From: Kineococcus radiotolerans SRS30216 = ATCC BAA-149
GTDB taxonomy: Bacteria; Actinomycetota; Actinomycetes; Actinomycetales; Kineococcaceae
NCBI RefSeq assembly: GCF_000017305.1
Contig: NC_009664.2
Location: 510,001-542,000, forward strand
DNA: 32,000 bases
Direction of reading: 5' to 3'
Numbering within the stretch: position 1 is the first letter of the stretch; every line of letters begins with the position of its first letter. The notes beneath the pieces were generated by a model. It was not told where the DNA came from, ran no database searches, and worked only from the letters and a program-made list of their open reading frames with translations. Shown one piece after another: positions 1 to 7,468 of this stretch. A program made the translations under genes and the position numbers.

Positions 1-202
1 GTCGGGCGGGGATAAGAACGCAGTAGTGCTGATGCACGTCGAGGACGTCACGGAGGCAGATCGAGCAGGCCAGATCCTCGCTATCGAACATGCCCTGATG
101 CTTCGAGCACAGCACTGGGGTGGCGGGGTGCTCGTGCCGGCACATCGACTCCATGGGCTGTCCGGGCTGGTCGCAGAACTGGCAGATCTCGCCGATGCTC
201 AC
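1..202 (-). CDS. hypothetical Cys-rich (zinc-ribbon-like) protein; N-terminus at 202, C-terminus runs off the window
   Basis: Manual reverse-strand translation from GTG 202..200 is open to the window edge: VSIGEICQFCDQPGQPMESMCRHEHPATPVLCSKHQGMFDSEDLACSICLRDVLDVHQHYCVLIPAR. It has two CxxC pairs plus further Cys/His. The GTG overlaps the upstream gene's stop as GTGA (199-202). It is not in the supplied ORF track, probably because it is partial. Confidence 0.4.
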   Translation of the reverse strand, partial: MSIGEICQFCDQPGQPMESMCRHEHPATPVLCSKHQGMFDSEDLACSICLRDVLDVHQHYCVLIPAR

Positions 203-456
203 GCGCCGCCACCCATCCCCGGCCCGCGGGTGAGGTCTTCCGGGCGCGGTGCCTGGGCGCCCACCCGGTCGTTCAGCCAGAAGCGCCGGAAGGCGTCTTG
301 GTCCTCGACGTGGAAGTCAGTGACGGTGAGCCCGACCAGGAAGTCGTGGTCGACCCAGGGACCGAGGTCCTCTGGCTCCGGTTCTGGCAGGGAGGTGACG
401 ACGTGCGCCAGCTGGTCGCGACTGAGGCCTCGATCGAGAGGAGTGCGGTGAGTCAT
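199..456 (-). CDS. hypothetical protein (85 aa)
   Basis: ORF track 199..456. Its ATG overlaps the stop of the upstream gene as ATGA (453-456). It is part of an unbroken chain of overlapping small genes. No recognisable motif. Confidence 0.5.
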   Translation of the reverse strand: MTHRTPLDRGLSRDQLAHVVTSLPEPEPEDLGPWVDHDFLVGLTVTDFHVEDQDAFRRFWLNDRVGAQAPRPEDLTRGPGMGGGA

Positions 457-710
457 TCCTGCCCACCCTCAAAGGGCCCGTGGCGCTCGACGTGCTGCTG
501 CAGCGCCTCCTCCCACGTCAGGTGCAGGTTGCGCGGGACCAGCCCGGCACGGACCCGCTCGATGGCCCGGCGGGTGGACGAGCGCGCCAGCTCGGCAGCG
601 CGCTCCGCCTCGTACTCGAGGATCTCCTCGTCGGTCGCGTCGTAGACGACGATGGCGTCGACGATCGAGGACCAGATGGCCAGCTTGCCGTTGGGCTGCA
701 CGAGGATCAC
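453..710 (-). CDS. hypothetical protein (85 aa from GTG 710)
   Basis: Frame of ORF 453..767. GTG at 710..708 overlaps the TGA of the DUF6221-like gene (GTGA, 707-710). Product begins VILVQPNGKLAIWSSIVDAIVVYDATDEEILEYEAERAAE... The longer 104-aa version would overlap the upstream gene by 60 nt. Confidence 0.5.
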   Translation of the reverse strand: MILVQPNGKLAIWSSIVDAIVVYDATDEEILEYEAERAAELARSSTRRAIERVRAGLVPRNLHLTWEEALQQHVERHGPFEGGQE

Positions 711-1192
711 GTCGCGCTCCAGGTGGGGTCGTAGTCGGGGTGGTCGGAGTAGGCGGCAGCAAGCCACTCGACGGCGTCCTCCATGGCGTTGTCGTAGGGG
801 TACTCCGCGTCTTGGTGGCTAACGCAGGCGTTGAGGATGGCCCGCTTCGCTGCGACGTCCCGAAGTACCCGCGCGGGGGCGTGGCGGGCAATGTGCTCCC
901 GGTCCGCGTCCTCCGCCGAGATGGACGGGTCCTCGTACCCGGACGCGCCGAGCACGGTCTCGCTGACGAGGTGCTCGTGTCCCGGCTCGCCGACCGTGCC
1001 GCGACTGGTGATCGAGCCGGTACCCCAGCGGCAGAAGTAGGAGCACCGGTACCAGGTGTCTTGAGTGGCCAGCAGGTTGCCGCTGCTCAGGTAGCCCTCG
1101 GGCTCCCACACCCAACGGCCCTGGGTCGCCGCTCGCGCCACCTGCTCGTCTTCGTCCAGCCGCGCCGCCAGGAAGGCGATGAGGTCGCTCAT
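707..1192 (-). CDS. DUF6221-like protein (family common in actinophages/prophages)
   Basis: ORF 707..1207. The internal ATG at 1192 forms ATGA with the upstream stop (1189-1192). N-terminus is MSDLIAFLAARLDEDEQVARAA, with a later block HIARHAPARVLRDVAAKRAIL. This matches my recollection of the DUF6221 signature. Not verified by search. Confidence 0.6.
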   Translation of the reverse strand: MSDLIAFLAARLDEDEQVARAATQGRWVWEPEGYLSSGNLLATQDTWYRCSYFCRWGTGSITSRGTVGEPGHEHLVSETVLGASGYEDPSISAEDADREHIARHAPARVLRDVAAKRAILNACVSHQDAEYPYDNAMEDAVEWLAAAYSDHPDYDPTWSAT

Positions 1193-1512
1193 AGAGCGAC
1201 CTCCCACTGGCCGGCGCGGCGGCGTCGGAGCAGCACGGGCCTGGCGTGGGGGTGACGGCAGCGGTCGCGGGCCGCCTCCTCGGAGGGGAACTGCTGATCA
1301 ATGCCGGGGACGTCGAGGAAGCGGACGCCCCAGTCCCAGGCCTCGACGCGCGGGACGACGTCATAGCCAGCGGAGGCCAGGGCAGCGAGGACCTTGTCGG
1401 CGAACAGGTGGTCGGCGTGGTCGACGAAGACGGGCTGGGTGACCCCCTCGTCGTCGGCGTGCACCTGGGCGATGACGTCGATCAGGCGCGAACGAGCGCT
1501 CCCGTCGTTCAC
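1189..1512 (-). CDS. hypothetical protein (107 aa)
   Basis: C-terminal part of ORF 1189..1764. GTG at 1512..1510 is preceded by GGAGG (spacer 7 nt) and overlaps the upstream stop as GTGA (1509-1512). Product begins VNDGSARSRLIDVIAQVHADDEG... Confidence 0.55.
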   Translation of the reverse strand: MNDGSARSRLIDVIAQVHADDEGVTQPVFVDHADHLFADKVLAALASAGYDVVPRVEAWDWGVRFLDVPGIDQQFPSEEAARDRCRHPHARPVLLRRRRAGQWEVAL

Positions 1513-1835
1513 GGCTTGACCTCCGCCAGGCGGGCGAGGCGCGCGGCGCATTGGTCGAGGGTCCGGTAGACGGATGGGTCCGACTCGGCCCCGGCCTCGG
1601 TGGCGAACACCTCGGCCAGGGCGAGTACGGCCTGGCGCAGCACGGCGTGCCGGTGCAGAGCGGCAAAGACGCGGTCCCCGCGTTCGACGATGTCGGTGCT
1701 TTCGTCGTCCTCGGCGGCCTGCAGCGTGTCCCAGACCAGCGCGCGGATGTCGTCCGGCCACCACTGCCGGGCCGTCGCCGTGGCCGCCGAGACCGGGCCG
1801 GTGGTGGAAGGGTGCGGTCGATTCATGGACACCAA
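1509..1835 (-). CDS. hypothetical protein, first gene of the small-gene operon
   Basis: ORF 1509..1835. Candidate starts are TTG 1835, GTG 1832 (7 nt after GGAGG at 1844..1840) and ATG 1826. The exact start is ambiguous. Confidence 0.5.
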   Translation of the reverse strand: MVSMNRPHPSTTGPVSAATATARQWWPDDIRALVWDTLQAAEDDESTDIVERGDRVFAALHRHAVLRQAVLALAEVFATEAGAESDPSVYRTLDQCAARLARLAEVKP

Positions 1836-1868
1836 GTTACCTCCAATTGCCTCTTTTGGGAGGTAACT
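1835..1868. promoter_or_regulatory. perfect 10-bp inverted repeat AGTTACCTCC-N14-GGAGGTAACT covering the SD and start of the first small gene
   Basis: Read directly: arms at 1835-1844 and 1859-1868, loop 1845-1858. It lies in an AT-rich patch in an otherwise very GC-rich window. On the minus-strand RNA, the CCUCC of the upstream arm can pair with the GGAGG Shine-Dalgarno. Confidence 0.5.
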
Positions 1869-1913
1869 GGAAGTCCCGGGTGAGTCCTAGCCGTTCTAGG
1901 CCCGGCAACGAAG

Positions 1914-1949
1914 AAGCCCCCGACCTGCATTTCTGCTGGTCAGGGGCTT
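1914..1949. terminator. GC-rich hairpin downstream of tRNA-Leu (putative terminator, possibly bidirectional)
   Basis: AAGCCCCCGACC (1914-1925) pairs with GGTCAGGGGCTT (1938-1949), 12-nt arms with one G:U position and a 12-nt loop. On the minus strand it is followed by CTTCGTT. It lies about 22 nt past the tRNA 3' end. Confidence 0.5.
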
Positions 1950-1970
1950 GTTCGTCGCTGTCTCAACGAG

Positions 1971-2055
1971 TGTCCGAGGGGGGACTTGAACCCCCACCCA
2001 CTATACGTGGACTAGCACCTCAAGCTAGCGCGTCTGCCTATTCCGCCACCCGGAC
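1971..2055 (-). tRNA. tRNA-Leu (anticodon GAG), class II with long variable arm
   Basis: Reverse complement reads GTCCGGGTGGCGGAATAGGCAGACGCGCTAGCTTGAGGTGCTAGTCCACGTATAGTGGGTGGGGGTTCAAGTCCCCCCTCGGACA. Acceptor stem is GTCCGGG/CTCGGAC. Anticodon stem is CTAGC/GCTAG with loop TTGAGGT (anticodon GAG). It has a long variable arm and a GGTTCAAGTCC T-loop. CCA is not encoded. Confidence 0.9.
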
Positions 2056-2139
2056 GAGTGGTGCCCACCCGGGCCCTGCGGCCCGTGCGAACGAGGAAAA
2101 CCGTAGCACGCTGGGGGTGGCGATCACGCCACGCGGGCG

Positions 2140-3228
2140 GTGGGCCGGTCGGGGGACGCGCACCCCCGGAGCCTCCGGTGCGCGTCGCCCGGTGCCGATC
2201 ACCGAGGGGTGGACCACCCCCTGCCCGAACCCTCCGGTGCGCCCGCGCCCGCTCCCGCCCCGCTGCCCGACCCCACGGCCGCGGCCCGGGCCCTGGTGGA
2301 CGGCGTCGAGCGCGTCGTGCGCGGTCGCCGGGCGGCGGTGGAGCTGCTCGTCACGGCCGTGCTGGCCCGCGGCCACGTCCTGGTGGAGGACGTGCCCGGC
2401 AGCGGGAAGACGACCCTGGCCACCGCGTTCGCCGCGTCCCTGGGCGCGGAGTGCTCCCGGGTGCAGGCGACGGCGGACCTGCTGCCCGCCGACGTCACCG
2501 GCTCGGGGGTCTGGGACCCCGCCTCGGGCGGGTTCCGGTTCGTGCCCGGTCCGCTCTTCGCGCCGGTGGTCCTGGTCGACGAGCTGAACCGGACCTCGCC
2601 GCGGACGCAGTCGGCGTTCCTGGAGGCCATGGAGGAGCGGAGGGTGACCGTCGACGGCGTCCGGCACCGGCTGCCCGAGCCGTTCGTCGTGGTGGCGACC
2701 CAGAACCCCGTGGAGCAGCACGGCACGTACCCGCTGCCGGAGGGGCAGCTCGACCGGTTCGCGGTGCGTCTGGTGCTGGGCCCGCTGACGGCCGACGTCG
2801 AGCGCCGGGTGCTGCGCGAGCAACTGGCCGGCAACCGTCCCGAGACGCTGACCCCGGTCCTGGACCTGGCCGGCCTGCTCGCGCTGCAGCGGGCCACGGC
2901 GGGCGTCCACGTCGCCGACGCGACCCTGGACCTGGCCGTGGGGTTGACGCGGGCCACCCGCACCGACCCGCGGGTCCGGCTCGGCGCGGGCACCCGCGCG
3001 GGCCTGACCCTGGTCCGCTGCGCGCAGGCGCGGGCCCTGCTCGCCGGGCGCGACCACGTCCTGCCGGAGGACGTGCAGGCCCTCGTCGTCCCGGTGCTGG
3101 CCCACCGCCTGCTGCTGGCCGAGGAGCACGAACCCCTGGAGGTCGGGGGGGCCGGGTCGCGGACCCTGGCCCAGGAGCGCCTCGCGGCGGGCCTGGTGCC
3201 CGGCACCGCCGTCCCGCTGCACCGGTGA
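2140..3228 (+). CDS. moxR: MoxR-family AAA+ ATPase
   Basis: ORF 2140..3228 (GTG start; true start may be further downstream, e.g. GTG 2209). Walker A is EDVPGSGKTTLA and Walker B is VVLVDELNR. Other MoxR-type blocks: ATADLLPADVTGS, VVATQNPVEQHGTYPLPEGQLDRF. Confidence 0.9.
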   Translation: MGRSGDAHPRSLRCASPGADHRGVDHPLPEPSGAPAPAPAPLPDPTAAARALVDGVERVVRGRRAAVELLVTAVLARGHVLVEDVPGSGKTTLATAFAASLGAECSRVQATADLLPADVTGSGVWDPASGGFRFVPGPLFAPVVLVDELNRTSPRTQSAFLEAMEERRVTVDGVRHRLPEPFVVVATQNPVEQHGTYPLPEGQLDRFAVRLVLGPLTADVERRVLREQLAGNRPETLTPVLDLAGLLALQRATAGVHVADATLDLAVGLTRATRTDPRVRLGAGTRAGLTLVRCAQARALLAGRDHVLPEDVQALVVPVLAHRLLLAEEHEPLEVGGAGSRTLAQERLAAGLVPGTAVPLHR

Positions 3229-4244
3229 CCGCCCCCGACCGCGAGGTCCGGCTGGGCGCGGCGCCGCGGGCCCCGCGCCTGCGCCCGGTCCTCACCGCGA
3301 CCGCCGGCCCGGCGCTGGTGCTGCTGTCCTTCGGCGTCGGCAACCGGTGGCTGACGCTGCTCGGGTGCCTGCTGCTGGGTGCGGTGGGGGTCGCCGCGGC
3401 GACCTCGCCGCGGGTCCGGTCCCTGGCCGTGCGCGTCGACGTCCCGGCGCGCACCCGCGCCGGGGACGTGGTCGAGCACGTCGTGCACGTGCGCAACACC
3501 GGCTCCCGCGACCTGCCCGCCGCGCTGCTGCGCCTGCGCGGGGACGGGTTCGCGGAGGTCCACTGCGGGCTGCCGGCCGTCGCCGCCGGGGCGGTGGTCT
3601 CGGTGCGGGTGCCCCGGCGCGCGGGCCGTCGGGGCCTCAGCGGTGGGCCGGAGGTCGTCGTCGAGGCCTGCGACAGCCTGGGGCTGCTGCTGGTGAGCGG
3701 TTCCGGGCGGGTCCCCGCGCCCGTGCACGTCCACCCCGCCCCCGCCCCCGTGCCGGTCCTGCCGGCGCCGCCCGCGAGCGCCGGGGGGCTCGACGTGGCG
3801 GGGGTGCGGCCGTTCCGGCGCGGGGACGGGGCGTCCTCGCTGCACCGGCGGGCGAGCGCCCGCCGCGGCGCGGCGGGGCGGGGACCCGGTGGGCCCGGTG
3901 CGGGTCTGGTGGTGGTGGAGCGGGAGGCGGAGGCGGCGGGTCCGCTGGTGGTGGTGCTGGGGGCGTCGGGGGTGGAGGACGAGGTGGCGTGGGAGGAGCT
4001 GGTGGCCTCGGCGGCGGCGCTGGTGCGCCGCGAACTGGCGTCGGGGGGCGCGGTGCGGGTGGTGGCGGGCGGGGCGAGCGCCGCGGGGCCGGGGGCGCTG
4101 GACGTGCTGGCGGCCGTGGGCGCCCCGGAACCGGTGGCCGCGGGCGTGGTCGCGGCGCGCCGCTCCGCGGGCCGCTCGGGGCGGGTGCTGGTGGGTGAGC
4201 TCGTCGCGGGCGGTGCCCGGGCCCGCTGGGGGTACGCGTCGTGA
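3225..4244 (+). CDS. DUF58 domain protein (MoxR-associated)
   Basis: GTG 3225 overlaps the moxR TGA (GTGA 3225-3228), in the frame of ORF 2058..4244. It has two N-terminal TM segments and the DUF58-type motif GVRPFRRGDGASSLHRRASARRG (R-x-Y/F-x-x-GD ... H-W/R-x-x-SAR). Confidence 0.8.
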   Translation: MTAPDREVRLGAAPRAPRLRPVLTATAGPALVLLSFGVGNRWLTLLGCLLLGAVGVAAATSPRVRSLAVRVDVPARTRAGDVVEHVVHVRNTGSRDLPAALLRLRGDGFAEVHCGLPAVAAGAVVSVRVPRRAGRRGLSGGPEVVVEACDSLGLLLVSGSGRVPAPVHVHPAPAPVPVLPAPPASAGGLDVAGVRPFRRGDGASSLHRRASARRGAAGRGPGGPGAGLVVVEREAEAAGPLVVVLGASGVEDEVAWEELVASAAALVRRELASGGAVRVVAGGASAAGPGALDVLAAVGAPEPVAAGVVAARRSAGRSGRVLVGELVAGGARARWGYAS

Positions 4245-6262
4245 GGCGGGCGGGTCGTGCGGTGGCGGCGGACGGGTTCGCGACGCACGCGCCGGCTCCG
4301 GTGGCGCTGGGGTGCGCGGCCGTCGCGGTGGTGGCGTCGGCGTGGGGCCTGGCCGTGACCGGGGGCGTGCCGGTGGGCGGGCTGGTCGCGGCGGCGCTGG
4401 GGGTCGCCCTGGGGGTGCTGGTGCGCCGGGTGCCGCGGCGGGCGGCGGCGGTGGCGGTGGGCGTGCTGGGGGCCGCCGGGTGCGCGGTATGGGCGCCGGG
4501 GCTGGCGGCGTCCTCGGGGGCGCTGGCGGTGTGGCCGGTGCTGGGGCTGGCCCTGGCGGTGCTGCAGTTCGCGACCGCGCGCTCGCTGCGCGAGGTGCGG
4601 CTGGTGCTGGGGTTGTCGGTGCTGGTCGTGCTGGCCGCGGCGGGGGTGTCGCCGGTGGCGGCGCTGGTGGGCCCGCTGGTGCTGGTGTGGGGTTCGGTGC
4701 TGGCCGGGTTCGCGGGGGCGGTGCCGCACCGGGGGCCGGGCGCCGGGCCGCGGGGCCGGACGGTGCGCGCGGTCGTGGCGGCGGGGACGGCGGGCGTCGT
4801 GCTGTTCCTGCTCGTGCCCCCCACCGGGGGCGCCGTCCTGGCCGGTGGCGCGCTGGGACGCGCCGCGGCCGCTGGTGGGGCCGCCGCGGCGGCGCCGCGG
4901 TCGAGCGCGGCGTACGCGGGGGGCGAGCTGGACCTGTCCTCGCGCGGGGACCTGCCCGAGACGGAGCTGCTCAGCGTGCCGGCGGGATCGCCGTCGTGGT
5001 GGCGCTCGGGGGTCCTGGACACCTACGACGGGCGCACGTGGTCCGCGAGCGCGGCGACGGCGACGTGGTCGGCGGTGCCGGAGGGCTGGGCGGCCGGCGC
5101 GGAGGACGGGGCGTCGCCGGTGCGGCGGGTGGACGAGGTGCGCCCGCTGTCCTCGGAGTACCCGGCGCTGGTCAGCGCGGGGTCACCGGTGGGGGTGTCC
5201 CCGCGGGCCGACGGCACCCGGTTGAGGGTGCTGGGGACCTCGGTGCTGCTGACCCCGCCGGGAGCGGGGTACGCGGTGACGTCCCGGCAGACCCCGACGG
5301 TGGGCGACGCCGTCGCACCGGGGACGGCCGGGCCGGCTCCCGCCGACGCCGGCCGGTGGCTGCAGGTGCCCGCCTCGGTGCCGCAGCGCGTGCGGGACCT
5401 GGGCCGGGAGCTGGCCGACGGCGCCGGGGGCGGCGCGGCGGCGGTCGCGCTGGCGGTGGAGGAGCACCTGCGCTCGGTGGCGCGGTACTCGCTGGACGCA
5501 CCCGTGCCCGGGGCGGGTGAGGACGCGGTCGACGCGTTCCTCTTCGTGGACCAGGTGGGGTTCTGCGAGCAGTTCGCGAGCGCGGAGGTGGTGCTGCTGC
5601 GCTCGGCGGGGATCCCGGCGCGGCTGGTGACGGGGTTCGCGGCGGGCACCGAGGTGGACGGGCGGCGGGTGCTGCGCGGGGTGGACGCGCACGCGTGGGT
5701 GGAGGTCTGGGTGCCGGGCCAGGGGTGGACGACGTCGGACCCCACGGCGGGTGCGGTGCCGGTGGCCGGGTCCCGGAGCCCGTGGTGGGCAGGGGCGTGG
5801 TCGTGGGCCCAGCGGGCGGTGGGTGCGCTGCTGGACGGCACGGGGTCGCGGGTGGTGGCGGCGGCGGTGCTGGCCGGGGTCGTGGTCGGAGGTTGGCTGG
5901 TGCTGCGGGCGCGCCGCGGGACCGGCGCCCCGGCGAGCGCGGCGGTCCCGGTGGGCGCGCGGCGGCGGGGGGACGCCTCGCTGGTGGCGCTGCTGGTGGC
6001 CCTGGACCGCTTCGACGCGGCCCTGCCGCCGGATCGGCGCCGGGGCCCGGCAGAGGGGTTGTCGACGTGGCGGGCCCGGCTGGGGGCGGCGGGGTCCCGG
6101 GGGGTGCCGGTGGAGGCGCTGGGGGTGGTGGAGCGGGCGTGCTTCGCGCGGGCGGTGCCGGCGCGGGCGGAGCTGGACGGGGCCCGCGAGGCGCTGGAGC
6201 GCGCGGCGTCCCGGGTGCTGGGCGAGGCGGGCGCCGCGGGCCCGGCGGGCGGTCGGGGATGA
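4241..6262 (+). CDS. transglutaminase-like membrane protein (TgpA-like)
   Basis: GTG 4241 overlaps the DUF58 stop (GTGA 4241-4244). The N-terminal half is multi-TM. The transglutaminase core has Cys (GFCEQFASA), His (DAHAWVEVWVPGQGW) and Asp (TTSDPT), followed by a C-terminal TM segment. Confidence 0.85.
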   Translation: MRRAGRAVAADGFATHAPAPVALGCAAVAVVASAWGLAVTGGVPVGGLVAAALGVALGVLVRRVPRRAAAVAVGVLGAAGCAVWAPGLAASSGALAVWPVLGLALAVLQFATARSLREVRLVLGLSVLVVLAAAGVSPVAALVGPLVLVWGSVLAGFAGAVPHRGPGAGPRGRTVRAVVAAGTAGVVLFLLVPPTGGAVLAGGALGRAAAAGGAAAAAPRSSAAYAGGELDLSSRGDLPETELLSVPAGSPSWWRSGVLDTYDGRTWSASAATATWSAVPEGWAAGAEDGASPVRRVDEVRPLSSEYPALVSAGSPVGVSPRADGTRLRVLGTSVLLTPPGAGYAVTSRQTPTVGDAVAPGTAGPAPADAGRWLQVPASVPQRVRDLGRELADGAGGGAAAVALAVEEHLRSVARYSLDAPVPGAGEDAVDAFLFVDQVGFCEQFASAEVVLLRSAGIPARLVTGFAAGTEVDGRRVLRGVDAHAWVEVWVPGQGWTTSDPTAGAVPVAGSRSPWWAGAWSWAQRAVGALLDGTGSRVVAAAVLAGVVVGGWLVLRARRGTGAPASAAVPVGARRRGDASLVALLVALDRFDAALPPDRRRGPAEGLSTWRARLGAAGSRGVPVEALGVVERACFARAVPARAELDGAREALERAASRVLGEAGAAGPAGGRG

Positions 6263-6331
6263 CCTCGGCGAGCGCCGCGCCCGACGACGGTTAACCTGAG
6301 TGCCCGCCGCGCGGATGCCCGCAGCCAACGG

Positions 6332-7468
6332 GTGGACGGTGGACCCGGCACGGCGAGCCACCGCCGCGCGGCCGACGACGATGGATCGGGGAAGCCCTTG
6401 TACGACCCTTCTGCCTCCGACCGCGCGGCCCGGGACGGTTCGCCGTTCCACGGGAACGCGACGTTCGCCCCTGCGAACGCGGCGCTGCTGTCGATCTCGC
6501 ACGTGGAGGCGCCGCAGGTGGTGCCCTCCTCCTACTTCGACGAGGTGCTGTCGGGGACGCTGGAGCGGCTGCGGTTGCGGCCGGGGCTGCTGGAGAAGGT
6601 CGCGGGGGTGCGCGAGCGGCGCTGGTGGGCGGAGGGCCAGAAGGCCTCCGACGTGGCCGCCGAGTGCGGGGCGAAGGCGTTGTCCGAGGCCGGGGTCGAC
6701 GCCAGCGAGGTGGGCGTCGTCATCTCCACGACCGTGACGCGCCCGCACCTGGAGCCGGCGGTGGCGACGTCGGTGCACCACGGGATGGACCTGCCGCCGT
6801 CGGCGATGAACTTCGACATCGCCAACGCCTGCCTGGCGTGGGTCAACGGGGTGCAGGTCGCCTCGGCGATGATCGACTCCGGGATGATCCGCTACGCCGT
6901 GGTGCTGGGCGCGGAGGACGTGCGCAGCATGCACGAGGGCACGATCGCGCGCCTGCAGCGCGAGGGCATCACCCGCAAGGACTTCCTCAACGAGTTCGCG
7001 ACGATGACGCTGGGCTGCGGGGCGGCCGCGGCGGTCATCGGCCGCGCCGACGAGCACCCCGAGGCGCACCGGATCGTGGGGGGCGTGAGCCGGGCGGGCA
7101 CGGCCCACCACGAGCTGTGCATCGGGGACATGAACCACATGAAGACCGACGCGAAGCTCATGCTGACCGAGGGCATCGAGATCGTCGTGGACGCGTTCAA
7201 CGCCGGCGACGAGCTGTGGGGCTGGCGGGACGCGGAGAAGTTCGTCATCCACCAGATCTCCAAGGTGCACACCGAGACCCTGGTGGAGCGGATCGGGGTG
7301 GACGCGGCGAAGGTGCCGATGACGTTCCCGCAGTGGGGCAACGTGGGGCCGATCTCGCTGCCGATGACGCTGGCCGCGACCGCGCCGGAGCTCTCCCCCG
7401 GCGACCGGGTCATCGCGATGGGCGTGGGCTCCGGCCTGAACACCGCGATGCTCGAGCTGCAGTGGTGA
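6332..7468 (+). CDS. oleA: OleA, FabH-like thiolase catalysing head-to-head acyl-CoA Claisen condensation
   Basis: ORF 6332..7468 (GTG). By recollection it aligns along its length with Xanthomonas OleA. Shared blocks: EPAVATSVHHGMDLPPSAMNFDIANACLAWVNG (active-site Cys), ATMTLGCGAAAAV, FVIHQISKVHTE, QWGNVGPISLPMTL, GVGSGLNTAMLELQW. The first ~40 aa may be an over-extension, so the start is uncertain. Confidence 0.85.
   Translation: MDGGPGTASHRRAADDDGSGKPLYDPSASDRAARDGSPFHGNATFAPANAALLSISHVEAPQVVPSSYFDEVLSGTLERLRLRPGLLEKVAGVRERRWWAEGQKASDVAAECGAKALSEAGVDASEVGVVISTTVTRPHLEPAVATSVHHGMDLPPSAMNFDIANACLAWVNGVQVASAMIDSGMIRYAVVLGAEDVRSMHEGTIARLQREGITRKDFLNEFATMTLGCGAAAAVIGRADEHPEAHRIVGGVSRAGTAHHELCIGDMNHMKTDAKLMLTEGIEIVVDAFNAGDELWGWRDAEKFVIHQISKVHTETLVERIGVDAAKVPMTFPQWGNVGPISLPMTLAATAPELSPGDRVIAMGVGSGLNTAMLELQW

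Noticed and set aside
26-645. Plus-strand ORFs 26..451 and 298..645 at the left edge.
   Set aside because: They are antisense to the chain of minus-strand genes, which show consistent 4-nt coupling and at least one clear SD. The plus-strand translations are Ser/Arg-rich with no SD or motif.
1869-1970. Search for an att-type direct repeat of the tRNA-Leu 3' end, or an integrase, next to the tRNA.
   Set aside because: No copy of the T-arm/acceptor sequence (GGTTCAAGTCCCCCCTCGGAC) occurs elsewhere in the window, and no integrase-like ORF is present. The island boundary therefore stays an inference and is not annotated as a mobile_element feature.
1574-2587. 337-aa plus-strand ORF running through the tRNA-Leu gene.
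   Set aside because: It crosses a well-folded tRNA and intergenic hairpins, and its composition is low-complexity Pro/Arg.
2058-3224. N-terminal 390 aa of the 728-aa ORF 2058..4244, overlapping moxR in another frame.
   Set aside because: Only the part from GTG 3225 shows DUF58 features (TM pair, RxxGD motif), and it couples to the moxR stop. The upstream part is Arg/Pro/Gly-rich read-through of the frame.
6300-6737. Alternative-frame ORF 6300..6737 (+), and the possibility that the oleA 5' region encodes a separate small gene.
   Set aside because: The translation is Arg/Pro/Trp-rich with no motif. From about residue 45 onward, the 6332 frame aligns with OleA. Only the exact oleA start remains uncertain.
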